From positions 13,888,001-13,952,000 of the forward strand of contig NC_043002.1 in NCBI RefSeq assembly GCF_006345805.1: a DNA stretch of 64,000 nt. The letters are read 5' to 3'. The stretch is from Octopus sinensis. Lineage: Eukaryota. Numbering within the stretch: the first letter of the stretch is position 1; every line of letters starts with the position of its first letter. The notes under the pieces were generated by a model, which had not been told where the DNA came from, did no database searches, and saw nothing but the letters and a program-made list of their open reading frames with translations. This document shows positions 1-11,181 of this stretch, in pieces. A program made the translations under genes and the position numbers.

Positions 1-744
1 GTATATGTGTGTGTGTGAGAGAGAAAGAGAGACTACGTGAGTGTGTGAGAAACAGAGGTAAAAAGCAGCAGAGCAAAATAAAAAGAGTAACACAGCATAT
101 GACAAAGACCAGGCCACAATCATTTGGGACAAGCTTATTTAGACTGACAAGACGTGCAAGTCCATCTAGGTAATAATTTTAAAGGGTTACAACAAAAATG
201 TTTGTATTCTAATAACTATCTTGATCCATTCTGTCTATAACCTTGCACATAATAACGTAGAGAAGCTGCCATGTTAAATGTTTTTTGAAACTAAAATAAC
301 CTGGATGAGGGTGGAAATATCCAATTAGCTATGCTCTAGGTATGATTATAATTGAGCGCAAAAGTATATAACGAAATTCAAAAAAAGGTTCTTGTAGGTT
401 TCGAAAGATAGCCTACTTGTTTCAGCCTACATTTTACGCAAAACGAATTTAATGCAAAAGAGCTACAGAAACAGTCGTCTTATAATAACATACTTGTACT
501 GTTATTACACAATTGATATCTGATTCTATTATACATCTGGTCAAGCTACTGGTAGTCGAGATATTTTATTCTCACTTTATATATGTAACAACATATTTCA
601 TTCGTAACGAACGTATGGCTGCGAGAGAGATAACGCAAATAACACAGTGTATACAAATTACAAGAGGATCTTAACAAGATAACACAGCTCCCATTGTACA
701 AAGTGCACCCTCTAGAAGAATTATGAAAATAACACTAGAAAGAT

Positions 745-1135
745 GCAGATGTAAGAACTTTACTTCCCAACGCATGGTTTCAGATTCAGTCCCACTTCGT
801 GGCAACCTGACCAAATGTCTTCGTATATATACTCTGGCCGACCAAAGCCATGTGGGTTGATTTGACAGAGGAAAACTGAAGGAAGCCCGTCACGTGTATA
901 ATATATGTATATGTGTGTTAATATATAGGAATATATATATATCTTTGTGTCTGGGCGAACCCGTTGGTGTGCTTACGTCCCTATAATTTAGAAGTTTATT
1001 AAGAGACCGATATAATAAGTAGTAAGATTTTAAAAAACATAAGTACTGGGCGCGATTCATTTGACTGAAATATCTTCAAAGCGAAGTTCCAGCATGGCCG
1101 CAATCTAAGGACTGAAGCAAATCAAGTGTAAAAGA
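745..1135 (+). mobile_element. Degenerate tRNA-headed SINE, family A
   Basis: Diverged matches to the family-A body (gaccaaagcc...gaaaactgaaggaagcccgtc) and tail (cagcatggccgca...gactgaa) seen in intact copies at 30015 and 53144. Confidence 0.65.
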
Positions 1136-1602
1136 TAAAAGATAATGATGTGGAAGCCATTTCATCATTATCAATCTGTAGATGTTATAGTCTTTGGTTC
1201 TAGGGCTCATAGAGCTAGTTACCCTGTTTCCATGACGCATAAGTGACCCCAAATCATAACGTTTTCGTAGACGCTAAGCTAGTATATTGCAAATTACTCA
1301 TTTATAGTTGCGTGAGCTGGAGTAATATGAAAGGAAGCGTTGTGCTCAAAAACATATGCACATACAGTCCGCAAGAACCGAAATCACAATCTTGTGATCA
1401 TGAGGAACCGGGATTGACATGAGGGATGATTACACTCCAGGAACGGCTCTGTTAGGGACACCGTGGCTTTCGAGTTTGGTACTTGGATGTTAAGTATCGC
1501 GTAAAGAAACCCTGTGAGATCCTTGGCAACAGACTGTTGTTCCTTCTTACAGAATTGGCCGGAACGAGTGAAACCAAGAATTCTGAGGAGTGAGATGGAA
1601 AT

Positions 1603-1719
1603 AACAACAACAGCACCGACAACGACAACGACACAATAATAATAACAACAACAACAACAACAGCAACAACAACAGCAGCAACAACAACAATAATAATAAT
1701 AATAACAATAATAATAATA

Positions 1720-1751
<32 letters not shown>

Positions 1752-1770
1752 AAAAATAATAATAATAATA

Positions 1771-1828
<58 letters not shown>

Positions 1829-1855
1829 TATAATAATAAAATAAAAAAATAATAG
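1603..1855. repeat. Compound trinucleotide microsatellite (AAC/AGC)n-(AAT)n-(GAT)n-(AAT)n
   Basis: Directly visible; explains the poly-Y/I/V/L ORFs at 1452-1898. Confidence 0.95.
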
Positions 1856-4116
1856 CAACGTTAATTATTGTTACTAGTTTTGCAGATTGTGCTGTCATTA
1901 GTGATTGCAGCTTTTCACAAACAACAAATTTGAAAATTAATCAATATGTACAGATATTATCTGATTAATGTGATATACAACCGATTCATTATATAATACA
2001 TTTTAGTGATGGACAAGAGAATAGAGTCATGTTAAGCTGTTACTAGGCTCTTATGCATTGCCTATTGCCTATATCTTAATTATGATCAATTTTAACACGA
2101 TGATAGTTTGTGATATTTGCCGAAGCGTTTCGTTCAAAGGCTTTACACTCTGTTGCATTTTCTGAGGGAGCAGTGTTCTAACTGTCAACAGTTAGTTAAC
2201 TTTGAACAAATTGAAAGATTGTATCTGAATAAGAAATATTTATTTTGGTATTTTTTGAAATTTTTATTTTAAAACTAACATAATTCATGCTTCAGTATTA
2301 TAGAGAGAAATAATCACTGCTTTTATTGAAAAATTTGTTGCCTACAAAATGAAGTAATTAATTCAATGCGCAAATGCCAATCACAGAACAAAATTCCATA
2401 AAATATAAACTGCTACATTTCTGTGTAATTTTTGCCATCTCTACGGGTTTTCTAAACACATCATTATTAATGCGATCAAGTTTAATTATGCAGCAATTTT
2501 ACCGTCATATTTTTAATTAATGGTGCCTCTGCGAAAACAATTTCCCAAAACAAGAAAAAAAATAATAATGTAATTAGTTTGTAATTTTAGCATAGCTTGA
2601 AGCATAGCTTTTAGCTATAATATTGTTAATGATGGCTATGCTTTTAATATGACAAAATTCATGTACACACGGAAAGTTTTCTGATATTATCTTAGTATCG
2701 GGGAAAGAAATATCGTATTTAAAAGCCGAGAAAATGGCTTTAGGCAAACTGGTGCTCTGCTGACCCTCTAGATATTTGCTGAATTACAAATGGGTATTTC
2801 GATTTTTTTTTTGTTTGATTGAACAGATAGCAAATGTTTCAAACAGATATTGCAGAGAACATTAAATTCTGTTAAAATGGTGGACGTTACACAAGTAATG
2901 CAGCTTTGTTATTTAACCCATCTTCACTCGTTGAAGTGAGCACTAAACTTATAATTAGTTTTGAGCAATATGGCAGATGGAAAGTGCCTCAAGGGAGCGC
3001 TCTGCATACTAAAAACGAATCTGGTTTGGATTTCATTAATAATATAGCGAGTTGAACAGCCTCAATCAATACAGATTTTCCAAGTCATTAGTTGAAAATA
3101 CATCCCTTGAGCATGTTTAAAATTTAAAAAACTACCAGGAATGTTCACTGCAAGAAGACTAGTCAAAGTAAATTGTTGCAGAATATTGAAAATACAGATT
3201 GAAAGTGGGCTGATATTTAAAGAGAGATCTTGCAAAGAAATACAATAGACACATTTCCGTCTGACTAACCCTCCTCAGTAAAGCCTTTGGCAACGTTTCA
3301 GTTGTCAATCTAAGAAGTGATCAGAATATATATAAATAGAGAGAACGTAATGACGCTGTTTTCGAACCATTGCAATCTGAGCGAGGTAAAATACTGAAAA
3401 GCACTGACTGTATAGTGAATATACATACGGTAGGGTCTCTCCCTAATAAGTAATACTGTGGACTAAAAAAAACTACAAACATCTAAGATGACGTAAGAAA
3501 TAGATAGAGAAACAGATCTCGTCCCTGTAGTTGTTTAAATTGTAAAAATACACTTGCGAGTGGAGTAACTTAGTTGATAGATACTTGTGACAAAACGACA
3601 ATGCAGATCCTACACTTTACATATTTTTCAAAAACAGCGATCAACTAAGTTTGTGGGAGATATCCTGCTTCTGCCTTTTCGTTTTTTAACTGTTATAAAA
3701 TGTGTGTAAATTAAAAAAGCAAAATGCTTACTCTCTCTCTTTTACTTTTTTCAGTCATTTGACTGCGGCCATGCTGGGGCACCGCCTTTTAGTCGAGCAA
3801 ATCAACCCCGGGACTTATTCTTTGTAAGCCCAGTACTTATTCTATCGGTCTCTTTTGCCGAACCGCTAAGTGACGGGGACGTAAACACACCAGTATCGGT
3901 TGTCAAGCAATGCTAGGGGGACAAACACAGACACACAAACACACACACACACACATACATTTATATACATATATACGACAGGCTTCTTTCAGTTTCCGTC
4001 TACCAAATCCATTCACAAGGCTTTGGTCGGCCCGGGGCTATAGCAGAAGACACTTGCCCAAGATGCCACTCAGTGGGACTGAACCCGGAACCATGTGGTT
4101 GGTTAGCAAGCTACTT

Positions 4117-6435
4117 TATTTCATAACATTTGCCATTAAGGCAGTACATAGAGTAAGTTAGCTTTGCGGGCTGGACGAGGACATTAATGAAGTGAATGAT
4201 AATGAAAGAAAGATGATGGGGATGGGAGAAGACAAAAAGCGCCCGCCGACTTCTGCTTCTCTAAAACATTGTTCTTTTAAAAACTAACACAAAACGAGGT
4301 ATTAAACCTCTTACAACTTTTTCAATGTTTGGACTTAGCAGTCCATTACTAATAACAACATAGTTCAATAATTACATATATAAATACAATATACGAAGCC
4401 CCTCCTCCCAGACCTCGCTTATACTTCCCTTAGGAATGCGCCAGCTCTAGGTCGGGGCCCCTCAAGTCGTATCACAATTTGACTCGTCCTCGAAATAACT
4501 TGTGTCCACACCCTCCACCATCAACCACGCCTCCCTCAGAACGTAATCGAGTTCCGAGTTAGCGTCGCCCGGGACCAAGCTATAATCCTCATTGAACTCC
4601 TTCAGCCCAAGCGTCACGGCTTCCACATCTACCTGCGGAGGCCATTCGGGGTCCTGTGTGAAGGCTAAAGGTGCTCCCTTGTGGTGCTTTTCCATCACCT
4701 TTTCAATCTCCCCGCCTCTATAGAAGAGGATCAATACCTCGTTTTTGTTCGGGTGCGGGATATTCAATTCTTTCGTTGGCGGCACAGTTCCCGCCAACGG
4801 TATTTCTTCTTCTGTCGGTGGCACAACCCCAACCGACGTAGTTCCGGGACATTCCGGTGCTATGTCACCGACAGCCGGTAATGTCCCGTTTCTCTTCCTC
4901 TTTCTCTTTTTTTTCTTTTCAACTGAGGGAGGGTGCGTCTCCTCCGTGGCCGGAAGATTCGCCTTTCCCTCCTCATCCCTAGTATCCTTTGGTGAGCACC
5001 CATTGTTGCTCACCTTCCTCTTTCGGCTTCTGTTTGAGGAGTCCTCTGCTTCCTCGGCCGTTATCATTCCCTCTTCTACAGGGGTTTCACTTAACTGTTC
5101 CGGGATCCTATTTTGTTCCCGGGGACAGTTCTTCTTTATATGGCCGGACTCCAAACACCGATGACACTTAGCGGGGCGACCCTCAAGCATCACCGGGTAC
5201 CTGCACCCGGCCATTTTCAAAAAATCTGGAAGAACCAGATTGGCTGATTGGGTCCAAAGGTTCAAAATTGCTTTTGACCCAACCCAAGCAGCCGCAGGAA
5301 GAACTTTTACATTAAGGAGCTTAGTTTCGCTGCTACCCAGACCCCGGCGGATAGTCTCCTCTATCCACTCGGGTTCTATCCCGGGTGGCAGCCCGCAAAT
5401 CCAAGCTTTCGCCAGTCTCTTTTTTTGGTACGTGGGCAGGAATAAAATTTCCTTACCCACCAGGGATTTGCTAGCAAATTTTCAAGCCTCTTCAGGGGTG
5501 TCAAATAGCAACCACACCGTTGCATATTTGACACCCCTGGAAATGAATTTAATTGTTGGCAAATATTCTGCCAACTCCTTTTCAATTGCCGTCTTTTCGA
5601 ATAGGGCGATGGTGTCGAGTGCCTTGGAGTAGGTTCTCAACACCACCGTCCTATCTTCACGATCTTTTAACCACTTTTTAGGCGGTATGATTTCCCATTC
5701 CAAAATTTTGTCATTTTTCATAGCCATGTTTTTTTTTTTTTTTTTTGTATTTATATTCAAATTAAACTTAAAAAGCGAGAAGAAAAAAGTTCAAAAGTCC
5801 AAATAAAATTTGATAGATTTTTGAAAAAACAAAAAGGAGAAAGCACAACAGAAGGGAAGAAATCAACGGAAAGTCGCAACAAACAAAAAAAAACAAAAGG
5901 GGGAGTTAAATGAAGTTCAAAAGAAAGTTAATAAACAGAAAAAAACACAGCAAAAATCTTCTGGCCTTACGGTACTCCCGGCCTTATTTGAACCTGGAAC
6001 GCCGCAACTGTAACACAACCTCCACGAAAATGGGTCCGAAAGGTAATCCAAAAGTGGCTTATTTTTATAATTTTCTTGCGAAGTACTCTGACAAGGGAAT
6101 AAATTCAACAAACCCAAACACAGCACTGGCTACCGCCAACGGTAATTTTAACAGTAACTGTATTGGGTTCCGAGGATACGCCCCTCCGCTGTTTTTTTTT
6201 TCCAATAAACACAAAAACAAAGCAGCCGCCGAGAGCAGGCGAAATTGTCTCAGAGTTGGACACAACTTACTGAAATAATAATTAGCACGCAATAAATTGT
6301 GCCCAACTCACAATAAACAAAATCACTCACCTCGACAACTCTCTGTTTTTGGTCTTTATTCTATAATTGGACGGAGCTGGTTGACTCACATCCACTCTGG
6401 CTCAACAGGAAGCAACTGACTAACTGCGCATGTGT
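4117..6435 (-). mobile_element. ORF1-only non-autonomous non-LTR retroelement (half-LINE-like), apparently full length, element 1
   Basis: Perfect 15 bp TSD gttagcaagctactt (4102-4116, 6436-6450); ~700 bp 5' UTR; single ORF with CX2CX4HX4C; ~345 bp 3' UTR ending at AATAAA across the junction; no RT or endonuclease sequence. Confidence 0.85.
4462..5727 (-). pseudogene. LINE ORF1/gag-like nucleic-acid-binding protein, ~421 codons with one in-frame TGA at 5482-5484
   Basis: Listed ORFs 5482..5760 and 4462..5460 are in the same frame (FDTPEEA*KFASKSLVGKEILF). Zinc knuckle CHRCLESGHIKKNC, basic tract KKKKRKRKR, ATG at 5727. Confidence 0.85.
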
Positions 6436-6572
6436 GTTAGCAAGCTACTTACCACACAGCCACTCCTGCGCCTATGCTTAGTAGCATTTCTTTACCAACC
6501 GTGTACCTACCTAATATTCATATTCGGCGTGGTTATAGATATATGTTCTCTTTGTTGATATATATTAACTGT

Positions 6573-6790
6573 AAGGCGGTGTGCTGGCAGAATCGCTAGC
6601 ACACTAGAGAAAATGCTTAGCGGTACTTCGTCCACCTTTACGTTTCTGAATTCAAATTCCACCGACGCTGACTTTGCGTTTCCTTCTTTCGGGATAATAA
6701 ATAAATACCAGTTGAGTAGTGGAGCAGTGGAGTCGATATAATTGACTGAACCCCCTCCCCTAAGCCAGATGACCTTGTACCAAATTTTGA
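6573..6790 (+). mobile_element. Degenerate tRNA-headed SINE, family B head and body
   Basis: aaggcggtgtgctggcagaatcgctagc...ctgaattcaaattccaccgacgctgactttgc matches the family-B copies at 24551 and 27092. Confidence 0.7.
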
Positions 6791-7037
6791 AACCAATATA
6801 TTATAAACCATATTTATTCGGGAGGAATGAATGAAATATATTTCGCTGAGGAAGTTTCCAAATGACAAACATAAAGTTGCTTTAAATACTGACTTCAAAC
6901 GAAAATACTTGCTTCAATTTACACTGTTTGTATTTTTCTAATATACGAAAAAGAGACATTAAATGTAGCTTTGGTTTTACAGATGCCATGTTGGTGAAAT
7001 TTATTAGGCAGAAAGCTCAGTCCGTCACTTATATACT

Positions 7038-7434
7038 ACTAGCAGTATCGCCCGGCGTTGCTCGGGTTTGTAAGGGAAATAACTATATAAGCATTTTTAG
7101 AGATGTAAAGTATAATAGCCATCTCAATATGGCTAACCACAAAGGGGGGTGTGTTACTGTAGCTTTTTACGTTCTGAGATTTAATAATACATTTTTAGAG
7201 AGTTACTTCCCTTATATATGCCAAAAATGCATTAAAAATGGGAAAAATTGATGGTAATTTTTAAAAAATCGTAGACTCATCGTAGACGCGCGCTAATACC
7301 CAGAAGGGCTCGATATGAATCACGACTATAAGATACCCGGTTTTGGTTAAACTGCACCGCGAAATGTGGGAGTAGTTAGGAATCTAAATCGTAGGAGACA
7401 GACAGCACACAACCTCACTTTTATATATAAAGAT
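7038..7434 (+). mobile_element. Helitron-like non-autonomous element, copy 1
   Basis: 5' ACTAGC followed by the cccggcgttgctcggg hairpin; 3' acagacag...ttttatatataaagat; second copy at 22755. Terminal pattern resembles Lep1/HINE-type non-autonomous Helitrons, so the class is inferred. Confidence 0.6.
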
Positions 7435-7964
7435 ATCTAAGTTTCCTTCTACACGTACGCGTGTATGTTTACACGGTGTTTCATAAATTGTTATTCACTC
7501 TATTGTGTTCCATCATGCTACGTTGATTAGATGCTAGATAAATTGTGATTAAAAAACAAAAGTTTTAGTTCTAGGACTTTTAAGGCCGTTTTTCTGGTTT
7601 CCATAGTAGTATAAGCGATGGAGATCCCATTTTCTTTGAACTGGACAAGACCATCATTTTATGAGGAGAGGGAACTAATCAACTAAACTAATCTCAATAC
7701 TTGACTGGTACCGTAAATTATGTGCCCATAAAGGATGTAAATCAAAAATCCTGCTGAAGTGAATTTTTCTTGACCTCGGCCGGATTTGAACTCACAATGT
7801 AAAGAGCCGGTAGAAATGCTGCTATATATTGTGTCTAAAGTGTTAATGATTCTGCAACGTGGTCGCCATAAATAAGATAACCAACTGGTTCAAATTAATA
7901 TCGAAGTGGATACGACCGACCGTATCTTTCAAACAATACCTTGGCTTGGCTGCATTTGAACACT

Positions 7965-8356
7965 GGATGGATGGAAGCACTCCGTCGGTTACGATGACGA
8001 GGGTTCCGGTTGATCCGATCAACGGAACAGACTGCTCGTGAAATTAACGTGTAAGTGGCTGAGCACTCCACAGACACGTGTACCCTTAACGTAGTTCTCG
8101 GGGATATTCAGCGTGACACAGAGAGTGACAAGGCCGGCCCTTTGAAATACAGGTACAACAGAAACAGGAAGTAAGAGTGAGAGAAAGTTGTGGTGAAAGA
8201 GTACAGCAGGGATCACCACCATACCTGCCGGAACCTCGTGGAGCTTTAGGTGTTTTCGCTCAATAAACACTCACAACGCCCAGTCTGGGAATCGAAACCG
8301 CGATCCTACGACCGCGAGTCCGCTGCCCTAACCACTGGGCCATTGCGCCTCCACTG
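7965..8356 (-). mobile_element. tRNA-headed SINE, family D with its own tail and (TCCA)n end
   Basis: A-box (tggcccagtggtta) and B-box-like (ggtttcgattccc) head; 10 bp TSD tttgaacact at 7955-7964 and 8357-8366. Confidence 0.85.
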
Positions 8357-9505
8357 TTTGAACACTATTCAGTAGAAAATAAATGGAGAAGTAAAATTAA
8401 GAAATACGTTCTTACTTATAATATTGTTTGTTTTTAATTTTTACTTCTGAAAGTTTAATGCTTCGAAGTAAACTTCTCTTTCATATTCTTCATTTTCATC
8501 AATCTTGTACTTTAAACATGTCCGCATGTTATACGAGAATATTATTTACATTTGTTTTGTCAGTATTACTACGCTGCATATACGTTTATGTCATCTATGG
8601 CATGTGAACGAGTGCTTTAGGTGTTACGGTTCCGTTGCCAAGCGGCGTGTTCCAAACACCACAACACTAGATTTGTGCTGAGTAACCATGTGACAGACTA
8701 CTGTCCTGTTCAGAGACGATACTGTCACCTTGGTCACGTATACGCCATGGAAAACGGGGAATAGCCTTTTGTGTCCAATGTCTAACTACAGTAATGTTCA
8801 GTATTTGATTATGATGATGGTAATAGTATATCAATGATCAAATATAGATATGATTAAAGTTCCCTATATATCACTAAAATTCCTGTTCCAAGCATAAGAT
8901 AACATATTTAAATTCATGAATTTCATAAATTCTGCAAATGCCATTCACATTTAGCGACATATTCATTTTATTATTTATCAGGAGTTTTGCACTGCAGATA
9001 TGCTGTGGCACTCTTTTCATGAATTTAGTGATGACATCCAATCCAGTATATGTTTTCAGTCCCTAACTCAATTTATGCACTCTGTCCAACGGCTAAGTCG
9101 CAAGGCAACAGCCGTTTCATCTTGTGCGCATACATAGATGCATACACCTGCCCACTTATATATGAATGTATGCATGTATGTATGGAAGTATATATATATA
9201 TATAATTTTGTAAGGTACCGCATGAGTGAAAATATATATGATAGAAGGTTTGAAAATGCAAAGGACTTTTAGAGATGTTTATTGACTTGACCGGTTTCCC
9301 TTTTTTACAAAATGATTGTCAAAATTAATATGTAAAGCTTTGTATAAGCTTTGTACTGGTTATCACAAAAGTATTAAAATGCAGTTATACATTCTTTGAT
9401 AATGAAAATAAAAATGTTAAAAACATTTTACAAGAATTCAAGAAAGTATTCAAGAACGGGACTACAATAAGTATTTGAGTTCAATAAAAATAATGTTTGT
9501 TTGGT

Positions 9506-9594
<89 letters not shown>

Positions 9595-9829
9595 TAATAA
9601 ATAAAATAAACTTATGCATATATATAAACATATATGTACGTGCCTACCTCTACATGTACATATACAAGCATATATCAGTACAGGACACCAAAAAGACGTC
9701 GAACACAATGAGAAACGAAAACATAGACACAAACCAAAGGAACTGGAATTTTTTAAACAACAAAAAAATAGAGTACAGGACAATTAACACAAAGAAAAAC
9801 CCCTTCTTCAGTCGCTATGGTTTCATCTA

Positions 9830-9873
9830 CTCTACGTTTCGAAGGTGAAAGCGAGACGTATCTTCGACAAGAA
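9830..9873 (-). ncRNA. Variant hammerhead-like motif (core UUGUCGA...GAAACGUA)
   Basis: Minus strand ttc-ttgtcga-aga...tc-gaaacgta-gag; stem I ttc/gag; non-canonical C3 and A6. Confidence 0.35.
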
Positions 9874-10452
9874 ACTTTCCTTCCTGCGAAAAGCAAATCA
9901 ATTAAAATTCTGAGATCTTTTCGCAGAGGGGTAAAAAATGGTAACAAAAACAGGACAGTAACGACAGTACAAATTATAAACGGTAAAAGACAGGACAAGG
10001 AAAAACAAGATAAGGAGGGCTGTTAACGCCGAACGAAAAAAAGTATTGCGAACGCAGATTCTTTTATGAACGACGAGCGGAGCAAAAAGAATTGTCGTCC
10101 ATACCTTGAGAGGGTCAGGCCAGAAAGACAGCAGCAGAAGTCTCGTCGCGGGTAAACGACGGGAGGGGGGAGGAGGAGCAAGAGAAAGGGAGCGAAGGGG
10201 AATGGCTGCGAGGAAACCATGAAGAATGGCTGCGAGGAAACCATGAGAGAGTGAAGAATGAGAGAGAGGAAGAGACAAGTTAAGTAGAGGAAAAGGAAAT
10301 CAAAGAATGAAGGCTGAGAAAGGGATGGGACAGAAAGGTTAAGAGTGTGCATCAAAGTTAATATATATATACAGAAGGAGATATATTTAAGAATTTAGAA
10401 ACATATCTGGGAGGAATAACTGACCTGTCTGTCAGACATTTTCATATATATA

Positions 10453-10490
<38 letters not shown>

Positions 10491-10494
<4 letters not shown>

Positions 10495-11112
10495 AGTAAA
10501 ATCAGTCGCCACATCAAAGCGGCTGTTGAATGTTGCTATTAATTTAACCCCAGGCAGATTATCCGCCAGGTGTGGAAGCAAAATACTACAACACCTCGAG
10601 CAGGTAATAAAGATCGCAAGATTGACTCCGTTTCGAGCTATTTGGCCCATTCTCAGTAGCGAGCACCTGTACGCCAGAACGATAGCCAGAGTTCGCTAAC
10701 GGTAACAATATATTGCAAACAAAGTGACCATTAGTCGCTGATTTGCAACAAGCAGAGTAGCTATTTGTAAAATCTCACAAAGAGACCAGAGTAGTAACTA
10801 CACTATACAGCAAAGCCAGTCGCCACCTCGAAGTGGCTGACTGTTACAACCCTAACCCCTGATTATCCGCGAGACTCTGCACCCATTATTTATAATATAT
10901 TATTAGCAGAGTGCTCTGGCTATCGTACGATTGCTCGCGGCTGAGGATGGGCCAAGTCAGCTCGAAACTGAGTCAGTCGCGCGATCCTAGTACCTGTAAC
11001 AGGGTGGTAGGGTTTCGTACGCCCTGCTAAGCAGCTGGTGGAGAATCTGCCTGGGTTAAACTAGTAGTAACATTCAACAGCCACTTTGATATCGCGACTG
11101 GCTTTACTGTTT
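10491..11112. repeat. Inverted pair of ~210 bp diverged repeat arms with a partial third copy between them
   Basis: 10491-10699 is the reverse complement of 10903-11112 (roughly 75% identity by eye); ~10778-10840 repeats the outer end of the arm. Confidence 0.85.
10936..10981 (+). ncRNA. Hammerhead-like motif with intact core but poor stem I
   Basis: CUGAGGA 10941-10947, stem II gggc/gctc, GAAAC-UGA-GUC 10964-10974. The mirror copy at 10620-10660 (-) has CUGAGAA. Confidence 0.45.
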
Positions 11113-11119
11113 AGTATTG

Positions 11120-11181
11120 TTACTAATCTGGTCTCTTCGTTTTGCTAAATTACTAATCTGGTCTCTTCGTTTTGCTAAATT
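11120..11181. repeat. Perfect 30 bp tandem duplication
   Basis: ttactaatctggtctcttcgttttgctaaa present twice. Confidence 0.95.

Larger units (their letters stand above)
3729..6472 (-). mobile_element. Family-A SINE split by a 2.3 kb insertion (3729-4116 and 6436-6472)
   Basis: The head (minus strand ggcgcaggagtggctgtgtggtaagtagc) at 6436-6472 rejoins the body and tail at 3729-4116 across the duplicated 15-mer gttagcaagctactt. Confidence 0.9.

Noticed and set aside
1452-1898. Poly-Y/I/V/L ORFs here and the many YI/CV/HT-repeat ORFs elsewhere
   Set aside because: They are translations of stop-free microsatellites with no protein-like content.
3250-3300. Minus-strand CUGAGGA...GAAAU...GUC as a hammerhead
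   Set aside because: No convincing stem II and only 2 bp of stem I.
3910-4161. Recurring MLGGQTQTH...FRLPNP ORFs (also 29989, 33271, 45007, 53118)
   Set aside because: Incidental frames of family-A SINE copies.
5482-5484. TGA as selenocysteine
   Set aside because: The aligned residue in element 2a is Arg, not Cys, and I recognised no SECIS; a point mutation is simpler.
4681-5632. Plus-strand ORFs overlapping element 1
   Set aside because: Antisense shadows of the real minus-strand ORF, with no motifs.
6436-6472. SINE heads as tRNA genes
   Set aside because: A/B-box-like heads run into SINE bodies and tails; no complete cloverleaf was recognised.
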